A DNA stretch of 64,000 nucleotides from Candidatus Xenobia bacterium (GTDB lineage Bacteria; Vulcanimicrobiota; Xenobia; Xenobiales; QWHO01), in contig BTUM01000008.1 in NCBI GenBank assembly GCA_045863235.1, positions 59,574 to 123,573 of the forward strand, read 5' to 3'. Both the position numbers and the translations under genes were made by a program. Shown piece after piece: positions 1-12,458 of this stretch; position 1 is the stretch's first letter, and each line of letters starts with the position of its first letter. The notes below the pieces were generated by a model. That model saw only the letters and a program-made list of their open reading frames with translations, ran no database searches and was not told where the DNA came from.

Positions 1-426
1 GCCCGCGCCCAGGACTTCGCCGATCGACTGCGCAACCTGGCCAACATTCAGGTCTACTTGCCGGGAGTCGACCCGGGCCAGGATTTCGAGGCCGCTGCCC
101 ACCGGCTCAAGACCGAGGTGCTCGATCCGCTGCTGCAAGAGCTGATCCAGCGCTATCGCAATGAGTGCCACACCCCTCACATCCCCAAGAACCTGGAGTT
201 CTTACAGTTCACGCTGGCCTGTCCCACCGAATTCGAGCTCCGGGTGATCAAGGACCCCGACAGCGGGGAGATCGCCTTCCTCGAAAAGCAAGGCATCCTG
301 AGCCCTCAACGCCTGGGTGGAGTCAATCCGCTATCGGATCAGGCCGAGAGCCAGGTGCGCAGTCTCATCGCGACCTTCGTGGACAACTACGAGAACTTCA
401 AGAACTCCAACTGGATCGTGGGCTGA
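1..426 (+). CDS. hypothetical protein, 5'-truncated by window edge
   Basis: Frame 1 is open from base 1 (ARAQDFADRLRNLANIQVYLP...) to TGA at 424-426; GC3-biased codons; no recognisable motif. Confidence 0.75.
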   Translation, partial: ARAQDFADRLRNLANIQVYLPGVDPGQDFEAAAHRLKTEVLDPLLQELIQRYRNECHTPHIPKNLEFLQFTLACPTEFELRVIKDPDSGEIAFLEKQGILSPQRLGGVNPLSDQAESQVRSLIATFVDNYENFKNSNWIVG

Positions 427-471
427 TCCCTCCGGGGGGCAGGAAAAAATTCAATTCTTACGAACTAACTT

Positions 472-1131
472 TTGCTTCCCGCTTTCAGGGGGTTACGATT
501 CTTGCTGGACAAACTGACCGGGCTCTATCAAAAGAAGTACTTCCTCGAGCAACTCGACCTCGAGGTGAAGCGCTGCGCCCGCTACCGGCGTCCCCTGTCG
601 GTACTGGCTCTCGAGCTCGACTACGCTTACTTCCACCCCGATGTGGACGTGCGCTGGTCCATGGGTTACACCCTGTTCAAGCAGCTCGGTCCCATCGTGA
701 TCTCCACCCTGCGCAACGTCGACCTGGCCTCCCGCTTTGATGGAGAAGTGTTTCTCGCCTTCCTGCCCGAGACCGGACGCGAAGGGGCCCTGATTGCCGG
801 CGAGAGACTACGCAGCCGCGTCGAGCGCCACTGGTTCCTGGGCCAGGTGCCCGGGGCGCCCGCCGCCGAGGGACTCAAAAGCGACCGCTTCCGAGTGGCG
901 CTCAACGTGGGAGTGGCCATCTTTCCCGAGAACGGCCTCGAGCCGCCGACCCTGGTGGAAGCCGCCCGAGGAGCTTTGATGTGGGCCAAGAGCGAGGGCA
1001 GCAATCGGGTGAAGATCGCCTCCAGCGGGGGGGTGGAGACCAGCCTCCCCGAGGCCAGCGCCAGCGAACGACCCAGAACTGACGCTCCCACCTCGTGGGA
1101 CGCGCTCGCAACCGACCACAATGAGGAGTAG
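472..1131 (+). CDS. degenerate GGDEF-domain protein (probable start TTG 502)
   Basis: DKLTGLY N-terminal GGDEF motif; signature is RF-DGEVF instead of GG(D/E)EF; RNVD I-site; NVGVA and AKSEGSNRV at the domain end; AGGGGG SD before TTG 502. Confidence 0.85.
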   Translation: MLPAFRGLRFLLDKLTGLYQKKYFLEQLDLEVKRCARYRRPLSVLALELDYAYFHPDVDVRWSMGYTLFKQLGPIVISTLRNVDLASRFDGEVFLAFLPETGREGALIAGERLRSRVERHWFLGQVPGAPAAEGLKSDRFRVALNVGVAIFPENGLEPPTLVEAARGALMWAKSEGSNRVKIASSGGVETSLPEASASERPRTDAPTSWDALATDHNEE

Positions 1132-1157
1132 ACGCCCATGGTCAGGTATGCTAGATT
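1129..1157 (+). promoter_or_regulatory. putative sigma70 promoter for wecA-wecB-atp operon
   Basis: TAGACG (1129-1134), 17-bp spacer, TGn extended -10 TAGATT (1152-1157); GGAGG SD downstream. Confidence 0.5.
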
Positions 1158-1175
1158 AGGGCCGGAGGTCGGAGT

Positions 1176-2144
1176 ATGACGGCTCCCTATGTTTGGGCTT
1201 TCGGGCTTGGTTTCGTGCTCACGCTGGCCCTGACCCCGGCAGTCCAGGCCCTGGCCCGCCGGGCCGGCGCCATGGACAAGCCCGACCCGCGCAAAGTGCA
1301 TAAAGTACCCATCCCGCTCTGGGGTGGGCTGGGCGTTTTTCTGGCCTGCGTAAGCGCCATGGCGCTGGTGCTGTGGCCCCTGCGCGAGAGCCTGACCGAG
1401 CGCATGGTCAACCACCTCCTGGGCATGCTCATCGGGGGGTCTGTGATCGTGGCGGTGGGCATGGTCGACGACCGCTTCGGCATGAAGGCCACCGTCAAAC
1501 TGGCCTTGCAGATTCTGGTGGCCTGCATCATGATCTCCTTCGGGATCCGCATCGACTACCTGTCCATCCCGTTCCACGGATTGGTCTTCCTCGAGCCCTG
1601 GCAGGCCATCGGATTGACCATGTTCTGGATCGTGGGCATCACCAACGCCATCAACCTGCTCGACGGATTGGACGGCCTTCTTTCAGGCGTTTCTCTCATC
1701 TCGGCGGTCATCTTCGCCGTCGTCGCCAGCGCCAGCGGACAGGGCCAGTGGGTCACCGTGCTGATGATGGCCACCATTGCCGGCTGCGCCCTTGGCTTTC
1801 TTCGTTACAACTTCAATCCCGCCCAAATCTTTCTTGGCGACACGGGCAGCCTCTTCTTCGGGCTGATGTTCGCTGGTTTCTCCGTCATCGGAACCCTCAA
1901 GGTCACGGCCGCCTTTGCGCTGGCCATCCCGGTGTGCATTCTCGGGGTGCCCATCCTGGACACCTCGTTTGCGATCGTCCGTCGCAGCCTGGCGCGGCGC
2001 CCCATCTTTCAACCCGACAAGGGGCACCTGCACCATCGACTGCTCGGATTGGGCTTGTCCCAGCGCCAGGCCGTGATGTGGATTTACTTCATCAACATCC
2101 TCTTCGGTCTGGCCGGACTCGCCATTGCCTACGCCGCCAAATAA
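1176..2144 (+). CDS. wecA: undecaprenyl-phosphate GlcNAc-1-P transferase (WecA/TagO, glycosyltransferase family 4)
   Basis: DKPDPRKVH..PIP..GG, GMVDD, NAINLLDGLDGL, FNFNPAQIFLGDTGS-like and HLHHRL motifs; many TM helices. Confidence 0.9.
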   Translation: MTAPYVWAFGLGFVLTLALTPAVQALARRAGAMDKPDPRKVHKVPIPLWGGLGVFLACVSAMALVLWPLRESLTERMVNHLLGMLIGGSVIVAVGMVDDRFGMKATVKLALQILVACIMISFGIRIDYLSIPFHGLVFLEPWQAIGLTMFWIVGITNAINLLDGLDGLLSGVSLISAVIFAVVASASGQGQWVTVLMMATIAGCALGFLRYNFNPAQIFLGDTGSLFFGLMFAGFSVIGTLKVTAAFALAIPVCILGVPILDTSFAIVRRSLARRPIFQPDKGHLHHRLLGLGLSQRQAVMWIYFINILFGLAGLAIAYAAK

Positions 2145-3321
2145 AGTGCACGTGATGACAGTCTTCGGGACGCGCCCGGAGGCGATCAAGATGGCTCCTG
2201 TGGTGCTGGCCCTGGCGGCTGATCCGCGCGTACGCGTGACCAACGTCGTCACCGGCCAGCACCGCGAGATGCTCGATCAGGTGATGCAACTGTTTGGCAT
2301 CTCGCCTGACGTCGACCTGAACATCATGCAACCCGGCCAGACCCTTTCGGCCATCACCACGCGCACCCTGGAGGGACTCGAACCGGTGCTAAGGCAGCAC
2401 CAACCCGACGTGGTGCTGGTTCAGGGAGACACCACCACCGCCTTCGCCGCCGGGCTGGCGGCTTTCTATCATAAGATTCCGGTCGGCCACGTAGAAGCCG
2501 GCCTGCGCACCGACGATCGCTACGACCCCTTTCCCGAGGAGATCAATCGGCGACTCCTGACCACCCTGTGCGAGATGCACTTCCCCCCCACTCACACCTC
2601 CTACTCGATCCTGCGCAACCTCGACGTGTGTCAATCGCGCATCCATTTGACCGGCAACACGGTCATCGACGCCCTGCATCGAATCCTGGCCGAGACCCCC
2701 CCCGGCCTGCCGGGCGATCTCCAGGGCATCTCGGCGGAAAGCCGCATCCTGCTTGTAGAAACGCATCGTCGCGAAAATCTCGGCAAGCCCATGCAGGATA
2801 TCTGTGAGGCCCTGCGAACGCTCGTGAAAAAGTTCACAAACACCGTCCTGGTGTTCAGTGTCCATAAGAATCCGCAGGTACGGGAAGTCGTCTTCCCGGC
2901 TCTAGAAGGGCTGGAGCGGACCTACCTGCTGGAACCGGTTGATTACCCGGTTCTGCTCCGGTTGATGAGAGAGTCAACCCTTATCCTGACCGACTCGGGG
3001 GGAATTCAGGAAGAGGCTCCCGCTCTCGGTAAGCCGGTGCTGGTTCTCAGGCGGACCACTGAACGCCCGGAAGGCATCGAGGCTGGAGTCTCCCGTCTGG
3101 TGGGAACCGACCCCGCGCTCATCGTCGAAGAGGCTTCCCGGCTTCTGACCGACCCGGAGGAATACCGGAAGATGAGCCAGGTCGCCAACCCGTATGGAGA
3201 CGGCCGGGCCTCCGAGCGGATCGTCCAGGCCGTGTTACACCGGTTTGGCCATCTACCAGAACGGCCGCCAGACTTTGTCTATGCGCCTTCTGGCTCGGAG
3301 CTCGGAGCTACCCTCAAATGA
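2125..3321 (+). CDS. wecB: UDP-N-acetylglucosamine 2-epimerase (non-hydrolysing)
   Basis: FGTRPEAIKMAP, TGQHREML, QGDTTT, HVEAGLRT, PFPEEINR, HRREN, DSGGIQEEAP, NPYGDG. Confidence 0.95.
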   Translation: MPTPPNKVHVMTVFGTRPEAIKMAPVVLALAADPRVRVTNVVTGQHREMLDQVMQLFGISPDVDLNIMQPGQTLSAITTRTLEGLEPVLRQHQPDVVLVQGDTTTAFAAGLAAFYHKIPVGHVEAGLRTDDRYDPFPEEINRRLLTTLCEMHFPPTHTSYSILRNLDVCQSRIHLTGNTVIDALHRILAETPPGLPGDLQGISAESRILLVETHRRENLGKPMQDICEALRTLVKKFTNTVLVFSVHKNPQVREVVFPALEGLERTYLLEPVDYPVLLRLMRESTLILTDSGGIQEEAPALGKPVLVLRRTTERPEGIEAGVSRLVGTDPALIVEEASRLLTDPEEYRKMSQVANPYGDGRASERIVQAVLHRFGHLPERPPDFVYAPSGSELGATLK

Positions 3322-3614
3322 GCGATGAAGAGGAGTCCGGCGGACGCCCCTCCCGCTCGCTCGAGGAAGTAGAACAGAAGATTCGTGAGTTAAAGGAACC
3401 CCGTAAGGGTGACCTGACTCTGGGGCGAGGAATGGCACTGGTCTTCTCGCTGGGCTTCGCGGTGGTGGGCGCTCTCTATGGCGGCTACCTCTGCGGACAC
3501 TGGCTCGATCAGCGCTACCACTCGCAGTTCTTCACTCCGGTGATGGTGCTGGTGGGTCTTGGCCTGGGGGTGTTTGTGGGCTACCGGCTGATCAAGCCAT
3601 TGCTGGAGGACTGA
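3318..3614 (+). CDS. AtpZ/AtpI-family ATP synthase gene-1 protein
   Basis: Two TM helices with G.WLD motif; first gene of the atp cluster; ATGA overlap with wecB. Confidence 0.8.
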   Translation: MSDEEESGGRPSRSLEEVEQKIRELKEPRKGDLTLGRGMALVFSLGFAVVGALYGGYLCGHWLDQRYHSQFFTPVMVLVGLGLGVFVGYRLIKPLLED

Positions 3615-3620
3615 AGGGAA

Positions 3621-3902
3621 ATGCCTACGGGCATCTTGGCGGGACTATTGTTGGGAGCGGCCCATCTGGCCCTGTTTCACCGCGGGGTGAGCCTGGCCTG
3701 CTCCATTCGCCGCCCCACGGCCGCGCGCTGGGTAGCTTTCATGCTCAGCGCCATGCGCTTTCTGATGACCGCCTCGGCTGGCTACGCAATGGTGCATTCG
3801 GGCGTTTCGGCGCTGGGACTGGGAATTGGACTGCTGGTCGCCCTGTACGCCTATCGCATCAGCCTGATGATGATTCCAATGCCCAGGGAAAGCAGGGTCT
3901 GA
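3621..3902 (+). CDS. atpI: ATP synthase protein I-like membrane protein
   Basis: Small hydrophobic protein with a conserved-type Arg (MRFL), immediately before atpB. Confidence 0.7.
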   Translation: MPTGILAGLLLGAAHLALFHRGVSLACSIRRPTAARWVAFMLSAMRFLMTASAGYAMVHSGVSALGLGIGLLVALYAYRISLMMIPMPRESRV

Positions 3903-3903
3903 G

Positions 3904-4872
3904 ATGATGCTGTGGTTGGCTCAGGAGGTCGAAGCACATGGCGCCCACGGCGCTCACGCCGCTGGCGATTACAGTATGTACTACATCCCCATCGGTTCGA
4001 CGCTGTTCGTTTACCTGATCATCTTCGTCACGGCCTCCATGGCCCGCAGCGGCATCGGCATCATCCCTCGGGGTTGGGGCGCCGTCTACGAGCACATCTT
4101 CGACTGGCTCGACGGCCTGGCCCAGGATCTGATGGGCCCTGAAGGTCGCAAGTACGTGCCCTTCGCCATGTCGATCTTTCTCTTCGTTTTGGTGTCGAAC
4201 TGGTCGGGACTGTTGCCCTGGCCGACTTTCGGGGAGGGGCATGATGCCATCAGCTACATTCCCCCCTCGACCTCGTTCAACACCACCCTGGCACTGGCCC
4301 TGATCTCCTTTGGCTCCTTCAACCTGTTCGGCTTGCAGAAGCGGATCTTTCCGCCCAAGGAAGAGGAGCAATCGCACGTGGGCCACGCCGAGCACGAGCC
4401 CGAGGTGCCCGGCCACCCGGTCCCGCACCACCACAATCCCGGCGGACTGGCCGGTCTGGGCGTCTGGATTGCCCACTTCTGGCAGCCAACTCCTCAGTTG
4501 TGGGCTTCGATGGAAGGTGCCATGCGTTACACGCTGGTGCCGGTGCTCTGCGTCCTCTTCATCTTGCTCAACATCGTGGAAGAGTTCGCCCGCATCATGT
4601 CGCTGTCGATTCGACTCTACGGCAACATTTTTGGCGAGTCCAGCGTGCACCACAACCTGATGGCCACCATGTGGAACTTCTTCAACGTCGCGCTGACCTC
4701 GCTGGCTCAGGGCAACCTGGGCGGGCTCGGAATGGGCGTGATGGTGGTGGTGCTGTGGGGTGCGTCCATCTTCGCAACCTGTCTTGGCGGCCTGGCGGGA
4801 TTCATCCAGGCCATGATTTTTTCGGTTTTGACTCTCAGCTACATCGGCCACGCCGTGGCCGACGAACACTGA
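3904..4872 (+). CDS. atpB: F0 ATP synthase subunit a
   Basis: SNWSGLLP, PSTSFNTTLALA, SLSIRLYGNIF (essential Arg), IQAMIFSVLTLSY. Confidence 0.95.
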   Translation: MMLWLAQEVEAHGAHGAHAAGDYSMYYIPIGSTLFVYLIIFVTASMARSGIGIIPRGWGAVYEHIFDWLDGLAQDLMGPEGRKYVPFAMSIFLFVLVSNWSGLLPWPTFGEGHDAISYIPPSTSFNTTLALALISFGSFNLFGLQKRIFPPKEEEQSHVGHAEHEPEVPGHPVPHHHNPGGLAGLGVWIAHFWQPTPQLWASMEGAMRYTLVPVLCVLFILLNIVEEFARIMSLSIRLYGNIFGESSVHHNLMATMWNFFNVALTSLAQGNLGGLGMGVMVVVLWGASIFATCLGGLAGFIQAMIFSVLTLSYIGHAVADEH

Positions 4873-4908
4873 GGATCAGCAACTTGGGTAACCAGGCATA
4901 GGAGGTAC

Positions 4909-5238
4909 ATGGAAATGTTTTTCAAGATGCGTAAAGCGCTGCCGATGCTGGTAGGCATTCTCCTCAGCATGACGGCCTGCGCCTTCGCTCAAGATGGTGG
5001 AGCAGCCCCTTCCCCGCGGTATGCAGCGTTGCTGGCCGCGGGTCTGGCCATCGGGCTGGGAACCATCGGCCCGGGCATCGGCCTTGGCAGCGGTGTGGGG
5101 AAAGCGATGGAAGCCATCGGGCGGAACCCCGAAGCGGCCGGCACCATCCGGAACGTCATGCTGATCGGTCTGGCATTCATCGAGGCCCTCTCGATCTACG
5201 CGCTGGTCATCGCCTTCATTCTCCAGGGCGCCCAGTAA
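4909..5238 (+). CDS. atpE: F0 ATP synthase subunit c with N-terminal signal-peptide-like extension
   Basis: GxGxGxG helix, RNPEA loop, FIEAL carboxylate; AGGAGG SD. Confidence 0.95.
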   Translation: MEMFFKMRKALPMLVGILLSMTACAFAQDGGAAPSPRYAALLAAGLAIGLGTIGPGIGLGSGVGKAMEAIGRNPEAAGTIRNVMLIGLAFIEALSIYALVIAFILQGAQ

Positions 5239-5245
5239 GAAACCT

Positions 5246-5290
5246 CGCCTGTTCCCACCGGGAGCCTCGTCAGGGGCTCCCGGCCAGGCG
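5246..5290 (+). other. intercistronic stem-loop between atpE and first b-type gene
   Basis: CCGGGAGCC (5258-5266) pairs with GGCTCCCGG (5275-5283); outer CGCCTG/CAGGCG; no U-tract. Confidence 0.6.
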
Positions 5291-5306
5291 CGCTATTTGA
5301 GGAACT

Positions 5307-5810
5307 ATGGAAACGATCGCTTCGGTTCTGAAGAGTCTGAGTTTTGATCCAGTCTTATTCTGGTTTCAATTCGTCATGTTCTTCGTGTTCCACTACACGC
5401 TCAAGGGACTGCTCTACGGACCTTTGATGCGGGTGCGTCTGGAACGAGACGGAAAAGTTTCAGGTCGACTGAAGGAGGCCGAGCAAGTGGCGGCAGCCGC
5501 CCGGCAACTGAAGAACGACTACGATGAGGCGATTCGGTCGGCCAGACTGGAGGCCCAGGCCGTCCTGGCCCAGGCCGACCACGAAGGCAAGACCCACAAG
5601 GAGGCCCGGGTGGCCGAGGCCCGCGAGGAAGCTCGCAAAGTGGTCGAGGAGACCCAGCTGAAAGTTGATGCCGAACGACAGGCTGCCCTGGCGAGCCTGC
5701 AGGCGGACATCAAGGAATTGTCGACTTCCATCATCGATCGACTGGTGTCGCCTGCTTTGAAGGGTGCCGACAAGGACAAGCTTTTGAGCAAGATTCGGAG
5801 CGCTTCCTGA
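5307..5810 (+). CDS. F0 ATP synthase subunit b' (b-type)
   Basis: N-terminal TM, PL..V..ER motif, Ala/Glu coiled coil; first of two b-type genes. Confidence 0.85.
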   Translation: METIASVLKSLSFDPVLFWFQFVMFFVFHYTLKGLLYGPLMRVRLERDGKVSGRLKEAEQVAAAARQLKNDYDEAIRSARLEAQAVLAQADHEGKTHKEARVAEAREEARKVVEETQLKVDAERQAALASLQADIKELSTSIIDRLVSPALKGADKDKLLSKIRSAS

Positions 5811-5811
5811 T

Positions 5812-6309
5812 ATGCACGGCGAGAACATCTTCAGCTGGATCATCACCCTGATCAACTTCGCCATCCTTTACGTCCTGTTTGACATGATTTTGATCAAACC
5901 GATGATTCAGGCCGCTAAGGACCGCGAGACCCGCGCCAAGAACAATCTGGATGAGGCCGAAAGTCTCTACCAGGATGCTGTGAAGCACAAGGCCGAGTAT
6001 GAGAAGCTCCTGACCGGGCTATCAGCTGAAAAAGAGCAGATCGCCAGGCACGCTCAGGAAGAAGCCCAGCGAATCAGGGAATACTTCGAAGAAGAGGCCG
6101 TGCGCGAGGCCGACTGGGTGCGGCAGCGCGCCTCCTCGGAAGCGGAGATCCTTCGTCGTCAGGCGACTCTCGAGCTGCAGGACCTGGCTTCCGAGCAATC
6201 GGTGACGCGGGCCAGGCAGTTGCTGGAAGCCAATCTGGCCGCCGGCGACAAGAAAGCGATCCTGGCCAACTTCGTAGAACGGGTAGGCACCACCAAGCAT
6301 GCTTCTTGA
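5812..6309 (+). CDS. atpF: F0 ATP synthase subunit b
   Basis: LINFAIL TM, KP...R motif, coiled coil. Confidence 0.88.
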   Translation: MHGENIFSWIITLINFAILYVLFDMILIKPMIQAAKDRETRAKNNLDEAESLYQDAVKHKAEYEKLLTGLSAEKEQIARHAQEEAQRIREYFEEEAVREADWVRQRASSEAEILRRQATLELQDLASEQSVTRARQLLEANLAAGDKKAILANFVERVGTTKHAS

Positions 6310-6859
6310 AACGGTCGCAAATCGTTACGCAGAAGCTCTCTACGGGATGGCCAAGGCCGAGGGCAAGGCCAAGCAACAGCTCAAAGAGCTCGAGCAGGTC
6401 AGCGCCGTGATCGCCAACTCGCGGGCCCTGGGACGCGCCGTCCAGTCGCCAACCATTCCCCCCGCGGTCAAGAGGAACATCCTGCGCGACGTGCTCAAGA
6501 AGGAGAAGCTCAGCCCTCGAACGTTGCACTTCTTCTACTTGCTCGTGGACAAGAGCCGCGAGCTCTACGTTCGGGCCGTGGTGGACTCGTTCCGCGAGTT
6601 CTTGCGGCGTGACGAGGGCGTGGTGAAGTGTCGCGCCGAGGTGGCCTCGCCTCTGGACGAGGAAATGAAAGCCCGCCTGATCGAGCAGATCGCCAAAGCC
6701 ACCAAAATGAAGGTGGAGCTGGAGGTTGTGGAGCGGCCAGAGCTGTTGGCCGGGGCCATTCTCACTGTGGGGGACCGCCTCATCGACGGAAGTTTCAGCA
6801 GCCAGTTGACCAATATTCGAAAACGCTTCGCTCGACTCGAGCGAGCGGTTGTCTACTAA
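6299..6859 (+). CDS. atpH: F1 ATP synthase subunit delta
   Basis: [28 protein letters not shown]. Confidence 0.93.
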   Translation: MLLETVANRYAEALYGMAKAEGKAKQQLKELEQVSAVIANSRALGRAVQSPTIPPAVKRNILRDVLKKEKLSPRTLHFFYLLVDKSRELYVRAVVDSFREFLRRDEGVVKCRAEVASPLDEEMKARLIEQIAKATKMKVELEVVERPELLAGAILTVGDRLIDGSFSSQLTNIRKRFARLERAVVY

Positions 6860-6869
6860 GGAGGATCTC

Positions 6870-8390
<1,521 letters not shown>

Positions 8391-8399
8391 GGAGCTGTC

Positions 8400-9260
8400 A
8401 TGGCCAGCGAACGCGATATCAAGCGGCGCATCAAGTCGTGCCGCAATGTCCAGCAGATCACCAAAGCCATGAAGATGGTGGCAGCGGCCCGCATCAAGAA
8501 GGCCGAAAACCGGCTCAAGGCTTCCAAGCCTTATGCGCTCAAGCTGCAAGAGGTCGTCACCGAGCTCTGCTCGCAGCTCGAGGGGGCACTCCATCCCTTG
8601 ATGGAAGCTCGACCGGTGGAGAAGGTCGGGGTGGTCATCGTGACCTCGGACAAAGGCCTCTGCGGCGCCTACAATAACAATCTGCTCAAGCTGGCCTTCA
8701 ACTACCTCGAGACTACCCTGCGCAGCAAGACCGTCAAGCTGATGGCGGTGGGCTCCAAGGGCGTCAAGTTCCTGACCCGCCGCCGGCGTGCCATCGCCGT
8801 CGAGCGAGTCAAGTGGAACCCCGAATACCCCCTGGCCCAGGAGCTGGCCCAGGAGCTGAGCCACTGGTACACCTCCGGCGAGGTCGACCAGGTGCTGTGC
8901 TTCTACACCCAGTCCATCAGCGCCATGAATCAGAAGCCGGTCTTGGAGACCTTGCTGCCGCTCAAGGCCGAGAAGAAGGAGGGGGAGCAGAGCCCCCTCC
9001 CCTACGATTTCGAGCCCAGCGCCGAGCAGTCGCTCGGAATTTTGCTGCCGCGCTACCTCCAGACCCTGATGTTCCGGGTGTTGATGGAGAGCCGGGTGGC
9101 CGAGCTGGGCTCGCGGCTCAAATCGATGACCAACGCCACCGACAATGCCGATAAGCTGGCTGGTGAGCTGACTTTGTTGTTCTACCGGATCCGGCAAGAC
9201 AACATCACCAAGGAAATTTTGGAAATCTCCGGCGGCGCCGAGGCGCTCAAGGCCCGTTAA
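8400..9260 (+). CDS. atpG: F1 ATP synthase subunit gamma
   Basis: ITKAMKMVAAAR, SDKGLCGAYN, ATDNA, RQDNITKEILEI. Confidence 0.97.
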   Translation: MASERDIKRRIKSCRNVQQITKAMKMVAAARIKKAENRLKASKPYALKLQEVVTELCSQLEGALHPLMEARPVEKVGVVIVTSDKGLCGAYNNNLLKLAFNYLETTLRSKTVKLMAVGSKGVKFLTRRRRAIAVERVKWNPEYPLAQELAQELSHWYTSGEVDQVLCFYTQSISAMNQKPVLETLLPLKAEKKEGEQSPLPYDFEPSAEQSLGILLPRYLQTLMFRVLMESRVAELGSRLKSMTNATDNADKLAGELTLLFYRIRQDNITKEILEISGGAEALKAR

Positions 9261-9276
9261 GTGCTCAGCGGATTAG

Positions 9277-10749
<1,473 letters not shown>

Positions 10750-10752
10750 GTC

Positions 10753-11160
10753 ATGAATACGTTTCACATGGAAATCGTGACCCCCACCGAGGTCAAGTTC
10801 GCCGGTCAGCTGCGTCAGGTTGTCGTCAGCGGGGTGATGGGCCAGATGGGCATTCTGGCCCAGCACGCTCCGCTGCTGGCGATGCTGCAGCCCGGTCCGA
10901 TGGCCTACACCGATGCCAACGGCAAGGTCAGTCGGCTGGCTGCCGGGGCGGGCTTCGTGCAGGTCGCCGAGAACAAGGCGGTCTGCCTGGTCGACTTTGC
11001 CGAGCGACCGGAGGAGGTCGACCTCGACCGTGCTAAAAAGAACCTCGATGAGGTGCAGAAGAAGCTGCAGGACCTGGGAGCGACCTCGGCCGAGCGCGAA
11101 GCACTGCGCGACGAGCTGAAGGCAGCTCGGGCCCGGTTGGAAGTCGCGGGCCACAAGTAA
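10753..11160 (+). CDS. atpC: F1 ATP synthase subunit epsilon
   Basis: EIVTP, GILAQHAPLL, C-terminal helical hairpin. Confidence 0.95.
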   Translation: MNTFHMEIVTPTEVKFAGQLRQVVVSGVMGQMGILAQHAPLLAMLQPGPMAYTDANGKVSRLAAGAGFVQVAENKAVCLVDFAERPEEVDLDRAKKNLDEVQKKLQDLGATSAEREALRDELKAARARLEVAGHK

Positions 11161-11174
11161 AGGAGGCGGATCGT

Positions 11175-12452
11175 TTGGCCAGGCTGGTGGTGCAGGGTGG
11201 AAAACCTCTCCAGGGAAGCATCCCGGCCTGCGGGGCCAAGAATGCCGCCCTGCCGATCATCGCCGCCGCCATTCTGGCGAAGGGCGAAGTGGTGCTCGAG
11301 CGCGTACCCGACATCTCCGATGTCTGGGTGATGTCCGACATCCTTCGGGCCATCGGGGTCAAGGTCGAGTTCGAGGGCAAGGGACGCATGCTGCTCGACT
11401 CACGCAACGTCTTCACCACCACCGCACCCGACGACCTGGTGCGCAAGATGAATGCCTCTTTCGATGTGGCCGGGCCTCTTCTGGCCTGCTATGGAGAAGC
11501 TCGCGTCTCGCTGCCCGGAGGCTGTCGGCTCGGCCCGCGGCCCGTGGACCTCCATCTGGAAGGCTTCAAGAAGCTGGGGGCCGAGATCCTCAGCGAGGGC
11601 GGCTTTGCCCATGTGCGGGTGGCTGGCCGGCTGCAAGGGGCCCACATCCGCTTTCCCAAGGTCAGCGTGGGTGCCACCAAGAACTGCTTGATGGCGGCCA
11701 CCATGGCCGAGGGCGTGACGCTGCTCGAGAACTGCGCCCGCGAGCCCGAGATCGGCGATCTGGCCGACTTCCTGGTCAAGATGGGGGCCCGCATCGAAGG
11801 CATCGGAACCTCTCGCCTGCGGGTCCACGGGGTCGAGCGCCTGCACGGAGCGAGCCACACGATCGTGGCCGACCGCATCGAGACAGGCACCTACCTGATC
11901 GGCGGAGCTGTGACCGGAGGCGATGTCACTTTGACCGAGTGCGAGCCCGAGCACGTGGCCGCCCTGCTCGACCACCTGCGCGAGGCAGGCCAGGAGGTCA
12001 GCGTGGGCGATCGCTGGGTGCGAGTCCAGGGAAGACGTCCCATCCGGGCCCTGGATGTCTCGACCGCCCCCTACCCCGGCTTCCCGACCGACCTCCACCC
12101 CCAGCTGGTCTCCCTGCTCTGCCTGGCGGAAGGCACCAGCACGCTGCAGGAAAACATCTTCTCAGGTCGGTTCATGTATGTGATGGAGCTGGTGCGTCTG
12201 GGTGCCAAGGTCAAGGCCGAGGATCGCCACGTCGTCATCAAGGGGGTCAACAAGCTCAGCGGCGCCCCCGTGGACGCCCCCGACATCCGCGCCGGAGGCG
12301 GCCTGGTGCTGGCGGCCCTGGTGGCCGAGGGTGAGACCGTGATTTCGGGCGTGGAGTTTGTCGACCGCGGCTACCAGGACCTCGAGCAGCGCCTGTCGGC
12401 ACTGGGGGCCGATATCGTACGCGTGCAGGGCCCCCTGCCTCAGGTCGCCTGA
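11175..12452 (+). CDS. murA: UDP-N-acetylglucosamine 1-carboxyvinyltransferase
   Basis: GAKNAALP, LPGGC.LGPRPVDLH (active-site Cys), PYPGFPTD, DRGY. Confidence 0.95.
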   Translation: MARLVVQGGKPLQGSIPACGAKNAALPIIAAAILAKGEVVLERVPDISDVWVMSDILRAIGVKVEFEGKGRMLLDSRNVFTTTAPDDLVRKMNASFDVAGPLLACYGEARVSLPGGCRLGPRPVDLHLEGFKKLGAEILSEGGFAHVRVAGRLQGAHIRFPKVSVGATKNCLMAATMAEGVTLLENCAREPEIGDLADFLVKMGARIEGIGTSRLRVHGVERLHGASHTIVADRIETGTYLIGGAVTGGDVTLTECEPEHVAALLDHLREAGQEVSVGDRWVRVQGRRPIRALDVSTAPYPGFPTDLHPQLVSLLCLAEGTSTLQENIFSGRFMYVMELVRLGAKVKAEDRHVVIKGVNKLSGAPVDAPDIRAGGGLVLAALVAEGETVISGVEFVDRGYQDLEQRLSALGADIVRVQGPLPQVA

Positions 12453-12458
12453 CCCCTC

